A stretch of 64,000 bases of DNA from Actinomycetota bacterium (GCA_009704945.1 WLDG01000004.1:6974-70973), one strand, 5' to 3'. Shown: positions 29,941 through 40,855, counted from the first letter of the stretch. Numbers and translations: made by a program. The notes: generated from the letters alone by a model not told the origin.

Positions 29941-30714
29941 TTAGTTCTTGAACTCGGTGTTCGCAAACTCCTTGTCGTCTTCCGCGCTCTTTAGGCGAGC
30001 GATCGAGAAGATAACTAGACCGAATAGACACTTCGCCAAGATGTCGGCGATGGTGTAACCGGTCTCGCGTAGCACGAAGCCCATCTCGTCGAAACCAGTG
30101 GCGTTCATGTTCGCAATGAAGGCGATCGGGTAAACACCCCAGGTTGCTAGGAGCAACAGGCGTAGTTCCTTGATTCTTCTTACAACCTGTGCGCTCTGAC
30201 GCTCGAGGGACTTGCCAAGCTCGATGAATAGAACGTAAAGGATGTATAGGAATGGGATGGTTGATAGCAGACCCCAGACCGGTGGAGTGATACCCCATAG
30301 GTCGATCTGTGCGTCTCCTGGGTAACCAAGAGCGATCATCAGGGCAGCTGCTGGCACTAGACGCATTAGCATCGAGCGCTGTGCTTCACGAGCAAGCGCT
30401 AGAACTGCAACGGTCTCAACCAGTAGTAGTGGAACGGTTAGGAACCAGTCAACGTAGCGGTAGCCAACGTTGTAAGCAGCTGGGCCTAGTCCCTCTGGTC
30501 CGAATGCGTGAACAAAGCTGTCAAACATTCTGAAGTAGTGGTAAGCAGCGATCGCGGTAACGGTTGCAGAAACCATTACTGCCATGCGGTAACGAGGTAG
30601 TACTCGCTCGCGTGCTACTAGTAGGAAGGTGGTGGTGAAAAGCATGCTCGCGATTCCTAGTGAGAGCATGTTGAAGACTATGTTGTAGCCTCCATCGCTA
30701 ATGCCTGTATACAT
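29941..30714 (-). CDS. actR: Actinorhodopsin / xanthorhodopsin-family light-driven proton pump
   Basis: Seven TM segments; RYVDWFLTVPLLLVE (DTE motif, Leu at the tuning site); AYHY; retinal Lys in DILAK; WGLLSTIPF. Confidence 0.95.
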   Translation of the reverse strand: MYTGISDGGYNIVFNMLSLGIASMLFTTTFLLVARERVLPRYRMAVMVSATVTAIAAYHYFRMFDSFVHAFGPEGLGPAAYNVGYRYVDWFLTVPLLLVETVAVLALAREAQRSMLMRLVPAAALMIALGYPGDAQIDLWGITPPVWGLLSTIPFLYILYVLFIELGKSLERQSAQVVRRIKELRLLLLATWGVYPIAFIANMNATGFDEMGFVLRETGYTIADILAKCLFGLVIFSIARLKSAEDDKEFANTEFKN

Positions 30715-30865
30715 GTATTGCTATTTCCTTTCGGCCTAATTAGGCGTGGGCCAAGCCGATTGGATTACTAAGAGGTCTTCTTAGCCCCATTGCTCGACCT
30801 ACAGGAGTTAACAACTAGGTCTGAAACTGAGAACATCCTGATAAAGATAACGTTTTGATAACGGA

Positions 30866-31312
30866 CTAGTAACCAAGGTCCATCAAAAGCCCTGTAAATT
30901 CAGGGGCTGAGCCGGTAAAGAAGAATTCAATGAACTGCGGGCCCTGGTCGGTCAGCACCAGCTGACCCCGCATAGCTTCGACAAAAGCGCCCTCTTGGGT
31001 TCGAAGCTCAGCCCAGAACTCTCTTTGGCCAACACTTCTATCCCTATTCACCACCTGCACCGAAACCCTGGTTCCAAACTCGTCTTCGGTGACAATCGGC
31101 TCACCTACTACCTCTAACCCCAGACCTTCTATATAGCCGCAGGCAGAGACCTCGCAGTAGGTGATGTTGGTGGAATCAAGGGCTGGAATGGTTCGGGTGT
31201 TGTCCTCAGTAACCTGAACTGCCCCCGGCGCAATCATGGCAATGGCTAGAACCAGGCTAATGAAAACTATTGATCGCATCCCAAGCTGACTGAGCAGCAT
31301 TTTTCTAACCAA
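30866..31312 (-). CDS. Hypothetical exported protein
   Basis: Signal or TM segment followed by a small beta-rich domain; start uncertain. Confidence 0.6.
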   Translation of the reverse strand: MVRKMLLSQLGMRSIVFISLVLAIAMIAPGAVQVTEDNTRTIPALDSTNITYCEVSACGYIEGLGLEVVGEPIVTEDEFGTRVSVQVVNRDRSVGQREFWAELRTQEGAFVEAMRGQLVLTDQGPQFIEFFFTGSAPEFTGLLMDLGY

Positions 31313-31390
31313 CTAGCACCCCTGACCTAATTGCCAAAAGCCTATAACCCCTAAACCTAGAATTCCCTGAGTGCGGAGACGAAGTTAAAC

Positions 31391-31421
31391 AAGAAGCCCC
31401 CTGGAATCCAGGGGGCTTCTT
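31391..31421. terminator. Intrinsic terminator-like hairpin
   Basis: AAGAAGCCCCCTGG-AAT-CCAGGGGGCTTCTT just after the stop of the 31435 gene. Confidence 0.8.
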
Positions 31422-31434
31422 TAGCTAATCAGAA

Positions 31435-32718
31435 TTAGCGACGCTTGGTACCAGCTGGGCAACCATAAACATTTCTGTAGGTGGTTGTCTTCTTGGTAGC
31501 GGCATCAAAGCAGCGAACAGTTCTCTTGTTTGCAAAGAAGCGCTTGCTTGCCTTGTTGTTCTTCTTGATTACGATCTTCTGCTTGGAGTAGCTGAAGCCG
31601 GTGACATCAATAATGATGTTTCCGTTTCTAACTGCCACTTTTCTAGCAGCAACGGAAGGTCCACCCTCTTCTTCAATTACCTGAATGGTTAGAGCGCTTA
31701 CAGCACGTCTAATGTCAGTCAATCCCCAAAGTAGTAGTGCATCGTTGGCTGGAATGATTGCGCGGTAAACACCCTTGTTCACAGTCACTCCGTCTGGAGC
31801 AAAGTGAGGAGCACCGACAGTCCAGTTCATGGTTTCTGTCCGCTCATCCCAGCTTGGGGTTGAGGTCTGGCACTGGCCGTTGGTGTAAACCACCATGTTT
31901 CCGCTGAGGCCCTCAACACCAAAGCCCATGTCATCGTTTTCTACAACTACGAAGCCCTGTAGTCCAACAACTAGAGCGTCAGCAGCACCATCTTCGCCGG
32001 TGCACTTACGAGCATCGTTGACTTTCGGTGTTACTACTGGGTAGCCAGAGAATGTGAATGAACCTGATCGGTTGGAGTTGGTGATGTTGATACCAAAACC
32101 GACAATCACACCAGTGATTGCTTCACCGGTACGAACCTTAAAGCTGATCTCAACATCTGGATCTAGGTTGGCTAGGAAGCCAGTGTTGTTTAGCTGACGA
32201 GCTTGAGTAGAAACTCCAGATCCATCAACCTTCACCGGCTGCACTGTGAAGAACAGGTGGTTGGTGAAGGCGTTAGCAGTGGCAATAGAAATGTTTAGTC
32301 CCTGGTAACCCAGGTTGCCTAGACCATTAGCACTCCAGTTTGGAGAGGTCCAACGACCAAAGGTGGCAGGACCGGCAGCTGTTTCAACAACTAGTGGCTG
32401 CTCAACTGGGGCATTTGGATCCGCCTGCATGGTTGGGTCTAGTGGGATTGAAGGAGCTGGCTCAACTGGACCAGCTGGAGCAGCGGCTTCGCTGACGGTT
32501 CCAGATGGGAACCACTGAAGTTCCTCGGGGCCAGCACTTCCAAGTGCTTCGATGCTTACCGATTCAACACAGTAAGTGATTCTTGATTCGTTACAGACCG
32601 GCCAGGATCCGCTTGGCAGCTTCAGTGCTGCGCTGGCAGGAGCTGGGACCAGCATGATGGCAACCAAGCTGGCGGTAGCCACGCTTGCCTTAAGGGCGTT
32701 GCCTAGTGAGAACTTCAT
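31435..32718 (-). CDS. Secreted protein, divergent member of the adjacent paralog family
   Basis: Signal peptide; motifs PVC...YCVE and GAPHFAPDG...GVY; C-terminal TVRC...GCPAGTKRR. RBS GGGGGA before ATG 32718. Confidence 0.8.
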   Translation of the reverse strand: MKFSLGNALKASVATASLVAIMLVPAPASAALKLPSGSWPVCNESRITYCVESVSIEALGSAGPEELQWFPSGTVSEAAAPAGPVEPAPSIPLDPTMQADPNAPVEQPLVVETAAGPATFGRWTSPNWSANGLGNLGYQGLNISIATANAFTNHLFFTVQPVKVDGSGVSTQARQLNNTGFLANLDPDVEISFKVRTGEAITGVIVGFGINITNSNRSGSFTFSGYPVVTPKVNDARKCTGEDGAADALVVGLQGFVVVENDDMGFGVEGLSGNMVVYTNGQCQTSTPSWDERTETMNWTVGAPHFAPDGVTVNKGVYRAIIPANDALLLWGLTDIRRAVSALTIQVIEEEGGPSVAARKVAVRNGNIIIDVTGFSYSKQKIVIKKNNKASKRFFANKRTVRCFDAATKKTTTYRNVYGCPAGTKRR

Positions 32719-32860
32719 ATATTTCCCCCGAGTTGAGTAGGTTTTCTTTAGACTAGGGTGGCACACCTGACCGATATTTACTAGCTAATTGATTCAGCTG
32801 TTTATGGTCACTTGGGTAGTCGCTCAGTTAGGCTCTTTCTAGCAAGTAACTGGGGGTTCA

Positions 32861-34426
32861 ATGAGGCGCATCGGGGCCGCAGTCACATCAATTATCCTGA
32901 CACTGACCATGTCCCTGCCTGTCCGCGCCGACGACGCCTTCAACATCAATGACCTACCTCTGCCTGATAAATCTGGAACCTTCCAAATCGCCGAACCAGT
33001 CGAAGGCAGTACTTATTCAGATTTAGTGGCTTTGCACATCGACAACAAAGGCGTATGGGATCAGTGGGTCTGCACTTCCACCAAGGATCCAGAGTGTCAA
33101 GGAAACCTGCATTCGATTTCAGGTGCCGCTGTTTTGCCCCTTTGCGAGTCTGTTACTGATGAAAATTGCATTGTCTCTGTTGAATTTGCTGCCAAAGATC
33201 AAGATTTTCAGCCGGCCACATACATTAGAAACATTGGCGGCAAGACCTACGCCGCAGACCCAAGTCAAAGCTTCTTTGAGCAATCGACCCCATCTCTCTG
33301 GGATGCTCCAAACGCCCCGAGCAAGCAAGGCGCAAGTGGTTATGTAGTTTCTGCCACTGTTCACCAAACTAAATTTTTTAAGGGCAGTGGAAAATATGAA
33401 TCACAAAACTTGTTTGTGACCATAACTCCCTATCGCGAGGTAAAGGGTCCAGAATTTCGTGAAAGATATGGCTACACCATTACCAATGAAGAAACTGGCA
33501 AGCGTAGTCATGCCGGTGGCGGTGGATCAAACAAATGTGCCTGGATGGAAAACGGCGCTTGTGGAGTAACACAAGATTTTGATGAAGACATTCGTGCTCG
33601 CTTGACTCTTAGAGTTGAAAAGTCAATTAGCGGGTGGTTTCAAGCGCGACTCAAGTCACCAGTTATGAGCGTGAATGCATTTAGTAGGGACAACAACGTA
33701 CTTGTTGTTGAGGGGCAACCCGCTGTAGTTCAGAGAATGTCGTATTCAAATCCTGACGCAAAAAAACTTACTTCTCAGGAAAGAAAATTCTTTGAATACA
33801 CTGGCTACGGTGGTCTGCCGGATGATTTCGTAAGTAAGTCAAATGCTCAGGACAGCTTCTCTTTTGGCTACCTGAACTATTTCAGGAACAAGACAAAGGA
33901 CACTTCTGTAGGCGCTAACACTTACTGGAGTTTTTCATCATCAACCCCAACTTGGTCTATGTCACCGTGCCTGTCTGATACATCCAAAGTCCTAGGAATT
34001 GTGACAACTAATGCCATGGTTTATGACGGCGGTGTTCCGAAGTTCTCTAGAGGCTTCCTCAACTACAAAGTGGCTGGCTTGCATTTCGAATCAGACGGGA
34101 GAACTGAGGTTCTAGGAACCTACGACCTGGTAATGAGATCTGAGGTAGCAAGGTGTTTGTACGGATTCAGCAAGGCACCTGTCAGTGCATCCATCACAAT
34201 TTCTGGCGAGGGTGACAAGAACATTGCCACAACAGTCGTAGGTGAGAGCAATGGCTGGCTGAGGCTTGCAGCATATGGCTTCACTTTCAGTGAGAAAACT
34301 ATTCGTGTGCGACTAACACAGCCCAGACGCACCACAATTAACTGCGTCAGCACTTCTGCACCAACTCGGACCACCAAGGTGAGCGGGACCAATCCGAAGT
34401 GTCCAACTGGATTCAGGAAACGATGA
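32861..34426 (+). CDS. Secreted paralog-array protein 1
   Basis: Signal peptide; conserved C-terminal region GIVTTNAMVY...FLNYKVAG.H...YDLVMRS..ARCLY...NGWL.LAAYGFTFS...CPTGFRKR. Confidence 0.88.
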   Translation: MRRIGAAVTSIILTLTMSLPVRADDAFNINDLPLPDKSGTFQIAEPVEGSTYSDLVALHIDNKGVWDQWVCTSTKDPECQGNLHSISGAAVLPLCESVTDENCIVSVEFAAKDQDFQPATYIRNIGGKTYAADPSQSFFEQSTPSLWDAPNAPSKQGASGYVVSATVHQTKFFKGSGKYESQNLFVTITPYREVKGPEFRERYGYTITNEETGKRSHAGGGGSNKCAWMENGACGVTQDFDEDIRARLTLRVEKSISGWFQARLKSPVMSVNAFSRDNNVLVVEGQPAVVQRMSYSNPDAKKLTSQERKFFEYTGYGGLPDDFVSKSNAQDSFSFGYLNYFRNKTKDTSVGANTYWSFSSSTPTWSMSPCLSDTSKVLGIVTTNAMVYDGGVPKFSRGFLNYKVAGLHFESDGRTEVLGTYDLVMRSEVARCLYGFSKAPVSASITISGEGDKNIATTVVGESNGWLRLAAYGFTFSEKTIRVRLTQPRRTTINCVSTSAPTRTTKVSGTNPKCPTGFRKR

Positions 34427-35946
34427 ATGTGAAGAAGACACTTGGACTATTGCTATCCCTAATACTGGCTATTTCGGCAGTCTCTCCCGCCTATGCCAAC
34501 GGTGTTGAACCATTGCTAATCCCGGTTGCGGATGACGAGGCGCTCTTTATGTTTTCCGAAGACGAGGCTCGTGGCGAATGGGGATCCAGGATCCAACTCC
34601 AGCCTGATGCGCCAGATGAGAACCTCAATAGAGCACCTTGGATTGATTGCCCCACAATTGATGATCCGATTTGTGATCTCAAGAAGCCTGGCTATGGGGG
34701 ATTTGCCTGGATTGCGTTGCCTGCTTGCGAAAGTGAAACGGCAGAGGATTGCGTTGCACGTTTCGGGATTGAGCTCAACGGGGAGCTCTTCCCGGGAGAG
34801 TTTGTCTCAGCTGTGAACAGTGGCGGTACATTCCCCGCCTCACCGAAGTTTAATTTACCAAGAGGCGGTCAAAGCTCTATTTACAAGGTCCCTGGAGCCC
34901 CTCACGATCAGGGTGACCTCTATCTTGTCAGCCCTAATGGGACAGCAAACCATGAAAGAAACGGTAAGTTCCAGACCAACGATTTTTATTTGAACGTAAT
35001 TCCTGTAGTCATTCGACCCGCGAGCTACCAAGAGACAGTTAGGGACACCATCCCTTGTATTTGGCGGAACACGACGGAATGCGCGACAAGAGCAAACTTC
35101 AATCCTGAAGCAAAGGTGACAGTTGAAATGCGAGTAACCAACGAGGTCGGTGGTTGGTTCTTGGGAAGAATGAAAGACCCTACTCTCAGCGTAGAGAAGT
35201 TTTCCAATAGAAACAACACAATTACCGTAAGCGCCTTTCCAGTCCAAGTCGCACGCATGGCTTACAAAGCTAAAAAGAAAGACGTAACACTGAACGATCG
35301 AATAGCCGCTGGAAACACAGGATCCATAGGGGAGTTCGATTCCCAGGGACCTGTTCGAATAATCAATGGCGGGTACGACACTTCTAACTTCAGAATGCTT
35401 AGCCATTTTCGTGACAGAGTGAAAGACACGGCAGTAGGGACCTCAACTATTTTCCAGATGAGGACCACCAGTCGAGATAGCGGAAATTCCTGTCTTTCCG
35501 ATCGTGGCAGAGTCTTGGGAATTGTCTCAACTAACTCGATGGTTTATGACGGCTTTGCCCCCCGATTTTCCCGGGGGTTTTTGGATTACCGGGTCGCAGG
35601 ACTTCATTTTGAGGCAGACGGCGTTACAGAAGTAATTGGTAGCTATGACCTCGTCATGAGATCTGATGTTGCAAGGTGTCTTTACCGATTCACCAATGCT
35701 CCAGTGAGTGCGACTATATCCATAACCGGTGAAGGCGACAAGAACATTGCCACCACAGTGGTGGGAGAAAAAAATGGCTGGCTCAAGCTGGCAGCATATG
35801 GCTTTACTTTTAGTCAGAAGATAATCAAGGTGAAGCTCACCCAGAAAAGAACAACCATCACCTGCGTATCTAACAGCTCACCTGTGAAGACAAGAAAAGT
35901 AACTGGCATGTCTCCGAAGTGTCCAACTGGGTTCAAGAAAAGATAA
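34423..35946 (+). CDS. Secreted paralog-array protein 2
   Basis: ATGA overlap with protein 1; signal peptide ending AYA; same C-terminal region. Confidence 0.88.
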   Translation: MNVKKTLGLLLSLILAISAVSPAYANGVEPLLIPVADDEALFMFSEDEARGEWGSRIQLQPDAPDENLNRAPWIDCPTIDDPICDLKKPGYGGFAWIALPACESETAEDCVARFGIELNGELFPGEFVSAVNSGGTFPASPKFNLPRGGQSSIYKVPGAPHDQGDLYLVSPNGTANHERNGKFQTNDFYLNVIPVVIRPASYQETVRDTIPCIWRNTTECATRANFNPEAKVTVEMRVTNEVGGWFLGRMKDPTLSVEKFSNRNNTITVSAFPVQVARMAYKAKKKDVTLNDRIAAGNTGSIGEFDSQGPVRIINGGYDTSNFRMLSHFRDRVKDTAVGTSTIFQMRTTSRDSGNSCLSDRGRVLGIVSTNSMVYDGFAPRFSRGFLDYRVAGLHFEADGVTEVIGSYDLVMRSDVARCLYRFTNAPVSATISITGEGDKNIATTVVGEKNGWLKLAAYGFTFSQKIIKVKLTQKRTTITCVSNSSPVKTRKVTGMSPKCPTGFKKR

Positions 35947-35955
35947 GTGGTAGTA

Positions 35956-37500
35956 ATGAGCGAAGTGCAAAGGACAATCGTCTGTCTAACGCTTCTCTCC
36001 CTTCTTGTACCAACCATCGCTGTCGCTGAAGATCAATATCGTTTCCCATCAGGTCAAACCGTGACCGGCAGTGTTGATACAGACTTCGCAAGTGGCTGGC
36101 GCAAGATTGGAATCTACGAATACAGCCGCGCCACTGCTTCAACCTCCGGGATTTGGGCGCTCAGGCAAGTTGGAAACCAGCCCAACTGGCAGCTCTGTGA
36201 AACCCACAACACCGGATTCTGTGCTGAAGGATCTGGATATCTGACGACAGGCGCTTCCATACTTCCCCCCTGCCAGACTGAAACCCAAACCAACTGCATT
36301 GAATCAGTAAGCGTTGGAACTAAAGAGCAGATGTTTGAGACAACACTGAACCGACAGATCCCCGGCTTTACATTTGCGGGAGATCCAGCCAAAGGCGTGC
36401 CTCAAGGGTCAACCGTCTCTATTTGGAAAAGCTCAGAGTTTCCCCACTCAGGAGGCGATGAGTATTCAGTCTTTTCTTCACTCGACTGGAGCTCCCTTAA
36501 CGGCAAATCTCAGATAAACGACTTTCACCTAAATATTGCTGCCACAGTTGAGCGTTCCAATCCGATGGTTGGAACATCAACTCCAATGGCTAATGGTGCC
36601 GAAAGAGGAGCCAACGGAGGGTCAGCAGAATGCTTCTATACTTCAGATCAGACTTGCGCCTATCACCAAGTTTTTTCACCAAACACTCGAATCAGGGCGT
36701 CGATACGTCTAACCAATGAACTCAGTGGTTGGCTCTACGGCAGGCTCAAGGATCCAGTTGTTTCTGTTTCCAAATTCAATTCTGATTCTGACTTGGTAGT
36801 GATTGAAGCAGAGCCGGTGAGCGTTCCAAAGCTACAGACGACATGGAATCAAAATGAAATTCCAGGGTTAGTCGATCCCGTCTGGCACGGGAACTTTGGC
36901 GGGGGTTCCTACATGACCTTAGCTAACACTCGAGACGCATTCAGGTTTATCAGTGCTCTAAGAACTGTTGCCAAGGACACAGCAAGTGGACAGAGACAGT
37001 ATTGGGGAATTCAAAGCTCCAAATGGGCAAGTCAAGTCGGTCAAAGATGTTTTTCCAAAAACCAAGGATTAGTTGGGCTGGTAACCACGAATTCAATGGC
37101 CTACCAAGGCGGTGTCCCAACATTTAGAAATGGATTCTTGAATTATGAAGTGGCAGGAATGCATTACCTGCCAAATGGTGAAAAAGCGCTTGGTACTTAT
37201 GACTTGACTATGCGCTCAGATGTTGCTCGCTGTATTTATGGGTTTTCCCGAGCACCAATCTCAGCGACGGTCACAGTTACTGGATCCGGAGATTCCAGCG
37301 TTGCTACCACAGTCGTTGGTGAAAGAAACGGTTGGCTCAAACTTGCCGCTTATGGCTTTACCTTTAGCCAAAAGACTGTTCAAGTCAGACTGACACAGAA
37401 AAGAACAACCCTCATCTGCGTGAGCCTGACCAATCCGGCTAAATTAAAGCGGGTGACTGCGATTAGCCCGAAGTGTCCAAACAACTTCAGGAGGCGATAA
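35956..37500 (+). CDS. Secreted paralog-array protein 3
   Basis: Signal peptide ending AVA; same C-terminal region. Confidence 0.86.
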   Translation: MSEVQRTIVCLTLLSLLVPTIAVAEDQYRFPSGQTVTGSVDTDFASGWRKIGIYEYSRATASTSGIWALRQVGNQPNWQLCETHNTGFCAEGSGYLTTGASILPPCQTETQTNCIESVSVGTKEQMFETTLNRQIPGFTFAGDPAKGVPQGSTVSIWKSSEFPHSGGDEYSVFSSLDWSSLNGKSQINDFHLNIAATVERSNPMVGTSTPMANGAERGANGGSAECFYTSDQTCAYHQVFSPNTRIRASIRLTNELSGWLYGRLKDPVVSVSKFNSDSDLVVIEAEPVSVPKLQTTWNQNEIPGLVDPVWHGNFGGGSYMTLANTRDAFRFISALRTVAKDTASGQRQYWGIQSSKWASQVGQRCFSKNQGLVGLVTTNSMAYQGGVPTFRNGFLNYEVAGMHYLPNGEKALGTYDLTMRSDVARCIYGFSRAPISATVTVTGSGDSSVATTVVGERNGWLKLAAYGFTFSQKTVQVRLTQKRTTLICVSLTNPAKLKRVTAISPKCPNNFRRR

Positions 37501-37502
37501 AC

Positions 37503-39074
37503 ATGCTGACACAAAGAAAAATTCTGGTGTCACTCCTCTCAGTTCTACTTGTGGTAGCCACAGGAGTACCCGCAGGTGCCAAGGACTTTGTGCCTGAAGG
37601 GCCAAGCTTAAACGGAACGGGAAAGGTTGCCTTTCTTATTCAAGATGATCGAAGCCTCCCGATGAAATACATCGCTAGGGATTTGAATGGCCAAGACGAA
37701 GCAAAGCTGGGTAATCAGTGGTGCCGCAGTTACACAACTGAAACCTGTCGTCTTGAAAAGGGCGTCAAGTTAAACGTCATAGCCAGTCTTGGAAAGTGCA
37801 AGGCAGACGAAACTGCCTGTGTAGAAAATGTAAAGATCTTCAGATCTGGTGAAGCTAAAGCCAATGCTGAGTTTTTACTTGAGACTTCAGGCAAAGAATT
37901 GCCAGCAAACAACCTGGGCGCTCCTATTGGAGGCGGCACAACCATTTGGAGGGCACCTGGTATTACTTCTCAAGCAGGCGTTGATATTTATGCTGTCAAC
38001 GTGAGCCTCTTCTTCTCAATTATTGACGGCGAGAGAGTGGTGTACGGAGATTTATCATCAACAGTTAGCCCAGTTAGTGAAATTCTTGACCCTCGCTACA
38101 GACCAGGTGACATCGGTTCCAACGATAGGAATGGTGTCACTTGGTGGTACCACGACAATGGCAGCATTCCTGGTTATGACTGTTTTGCAACCGATTTTGG
38201 TAAGTGCTGGATGCGGGCAAACTTTTCGGATGGAACTCGCGTCGAACTTGAAATGCGACTCCCTCGCTCCTTGAGTGGCTGGTTGCACGGCCGGTTGGAT
38301 AACACGGAACTTTCAATTACACCAATATCAAATACCGCAAATCGAGTAGTGGTCGCCGCAGATCCTGTGGTCGTTCCCATCATGTATGCAGTTGTGGACC
38401 AAAAACACAAGAATCCCATTGTTCAGGAAGTGCTTGATATGAAGACTTCAGGTGGAGGATTCAATGGTGGAATTGGCGGTTTAGAGTGGAAACTTTATGG
38501 CCCAGATTGGGATCCAACCAGAACTTTGGTTAAGCACTTCGCAGATCAGGTAGGGGATAAAGCAGTTGCCACCCAAACAACCTGGAGATTCAAAACCATT
38601 TGGGCAAACACGGGCAATCGTTGCCTAGATGCGCGAGGAAAACTCATCGGGTTGGTCACAACTAACGCGCTGACTTACTCGGCAGGACCACCGAGATTCT
38701 CGAATGGTTTTTTGAACTACGCCACTGCCGGACTCCACAAACTGCCAGATGGGCAAGTCGCTCTTGGTTCCTACAATCTCATCATTCGAAGTGAAACAGC
38801 ACGTTGCCTCTATGGCTTCACCAATGCACCCGTATCTGCAACAATCACCGTTGCTGGCGATGGAGATAGAACCATAGCTACTACAACTGTCGGTGAAAAA
38901 AATGGCTGGCTAAAGCTGGCAGCAAACGGATTTACCTTTAGCGAAAAAACTATAAGGGTCAGAATCACTCAAAAGAGAAGCACCATCACTTGCGTATCCA
39001 CTACTACACCTGTGAGAACTCGGAAAGTAACTGGTCTTTCACCGAGGTGTCCAGTGGGATTTGTGAAAAGATAA
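37503..39074 (+). CDS. Secreted paralog-array protein 4
   Basis: RBS AGGAGG; signal peptide ending AGA; same C-terminal region. Confidence 0.88.
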   Translation: MLTQRKILVSLLSVLLVVATGVPAGAKDFVPEGPSLNGTGKVAFLIQDDRSLPMKYIARDLNGQDEAKLGNQWCRSYTTETCRLEKGVKLNVIASLGKCKADETACVENVKIFRSGEAKANAEFLLETSGKELPANNLGAPIGGGTTIWRAPGITSQAGVDIYAVNVSLFFSIIDGERVVYGDLSSTVSPVSEILDPRYRPGDIGSNDRNGVTWWYHDNGSIPGYDCFATDFGKCWMRANFSDGTRVELEMRLPRSLSGWLHGRLDNTELSITPISNTANRVVVAADPVVVPIMYAVVDQKHKNPIVQEVLDMKTSGGGFNGGIGGLEWKLYGPDWDPTRTLVKHFADQVGDKAVATQTTWRFKTIWANTGNRCLDARGKLIGLVTTNALTYSAGPPRFSNGFLNYATAGLHKLPDGQVALGSYNLIIRSETARCLYGFTNAPVSATITVAGDGDRTIATTTVGEKNGWLKLAANGFTFSEKTIRVRITQKRSTITCVSTTTPVRTRKVTGLSPRCPVGFVKR

Positions 39075-39114
39075 AGACCAATAAATGGCTAGCCTTTGGC
39101 TGTAAGGAAATTAA

Positions 39115-40830
39115 ATGCCTAGACGTTCTCTAGCGGTGCTGCTGACCCTCTCATTGATAGTGGGCTTTGCCAATCCAGCGGCAGCTGACCTTAATCCAAT
39201 TCCGAGCGATGACAGAGAACGAGTTCTAACCAAGCCATGGGATTCTCATTTAGATCCTCGTAAGTTTTGGATTACCTATGGCGCATTGGGCGGCCTGTCG
39301 ATTATGCCTCGTCCGGTTTTTCTGAAAAACATGACTAAAGAGGATTTCTGTGAAACTTCTCTCACTAATTGCGTTGAGCAATCTCAAACTGTCATGGCAT
39401 CGGGCCAAGCAACGTTCTGCGCAGAAACACAACAGGTGCCTTGTGTTGAAAAACTAGAAATAAGAAAAACAGGTCAAACACAGTGGCAAACTGCCAAGTT
39501 CGAAAACTACTGGGATGCAACTCCCTCAGAGGCCACTTTAACTGAATTTAGAAAGATAGTTGAAAGCCAAAAGAACTTTTCAGGAATACGTCAAATATCT
39601 ACAAACAAGGGCTGGGCAAGCAATACTGCTCTGAAACTAATGGGATCCGGACCAGGCCCACTTATGTTCTCAGCTCCAGAATTTCCGTCCAAGGGCGGCA
39701 CCACTAAGTACTTAGTTGAACCAACTTTTATCCAATTCCTAAATAATTACCGTCAAGGTCGATTCACCAGCATTACTTACGACACCTTTTATGTCAACGT
39801 AAGACCGATTGCTGAAGTAACAAGTCCTGCAGCAATGGCCAGCGTGGAAGCCGTGGTTTTATCTGCTTCAGGAAAACCAATGCATATGGGATTTGGCGTT
39901 GGTGCGCACAATAGAAATTACTACTCTGTCGATGGTCGCTACGCCTATGCTGCTGGTTTCGACTCCTCTCTCGAATTACAGATCACCATGCAAATCCCCT
40001 CGGAGATCGGTGGATGGTTCCATTCCAGATTGACAGACCCAAATCTTCAGCTGTCAAACATCTCGCCGGGGGTAAGCCGGTTAGTGATATCAGGCGCAAG
40101 TGCAGAGGTGCCAATTACTAACACTGCGGTTGAGGCATTTGATCCAGCCAACGAAAAGTATCTTGATTACACCTTCGGCAAAAACAACGAGGACATGGAA
40201 TACCGTCGCCAAAACGGAGGCGGCGGAATGGCAGGTGGTTTCTGGGATCCGAATAACGGCTTAGACAGCTTCAAGTTCTGGTTTTCCAAGATAGACGAGC
40301 AAGCAAAGGGAAGAATCTCTACTTGGTCGGTAGCGCGAATGCCAATTCAGAGACTAGGCAACAATCCTTGCCTAAATCGAACCGACCGGATTCAAGGTCT
40401 AATCAACACCAATGCCATGGTCTACCAAAGCCTTGTTCCAGAATACAAAAATGGCTTCTTGAACTACGAAGTGATGGGAGTTCACAAAGACCTCAACGGT
40501 GAGGTGCAGCGGGGCCAGTATGACCTCATCATGCGATCTGACGCGGCCCGTTGCCTTTACAGATTCTCCTCCGCTCCTGTTTCAGGAACAATCACCGTGG
40601 TTGACTCCAATGGACAACCGCAAGTTGCTACAACTACTTTGGGGGAGAGCAGGGGTTGGCTAAGGCTCTCGGCCAAGAACTTTACTTTCAGTGAAAAGAC
40701 AGTCCGGGTGAAGCTGACTCAGAGTAGGCGTAGTGAGATTACCTGCGTTTCTAGGACAAACCCGGGCAAAATCAAGAAGATTTCGGGCACCAAGCCCCGT
40801 TGCCCTAATGGCTTCCGCCGCAGCGCTTAG
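39115..40830 (+). CDS. Secreted paralog-array protein 5
   Basis: Signal peptide ending AAA; same C-terminal region. Confidence 0.88.
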   Translation: MPRRSLAVLLTLSLIVGFANPAAADLNPIPSDDRERVLTKPWDSHLDPRKFWITYGALGGLSIMPRPVFLKNMTKEDFCETSLTNCVEQSQTVMASGQATFCAETQQVPCVEKLEIRKTGQTQWQTAKFENYWDATPSEATLTEFRKIVESQKNFSGIRQISTNKGWASNTALKLMGSGPGPLMFSAPEFPSKGGTTKYLVEPTFIQFLNNYRQGRFTSITYDTFYVNVRPIAEVTSPAAMASVEAVVLSASGKPMHMGFGVGAHNRNYYSVDGRYAYAAGFDSSLELQITMQIPSEIGGWFHSRLTDPNLQLSNISPGVSRLVISGASAEVPITNTAVEAFDPANEKYLDYTFGKNNEDMEYRRQNGGGGMAGGFWDPNNGLDSFKFWFSKIDEQAKGRISTWSVARMPIQRLGNNPCLNRTDRIQGLINTNAMVYQSLVPEYKNGFLNYEVMGVHKDLNGEVQRGQYDLIMRSDAARCLYRFSSAPVSGTITVVDSNGQPQVATTTLGESRGWLRLSAKNFTFSEKTVRVKLTQSRRSEITCVSRTNPGKIKKISGTKPRCPNGFRRSA

Positions 40831-40855
40831 GCTCACAATCAATTAGATTTCAGGC

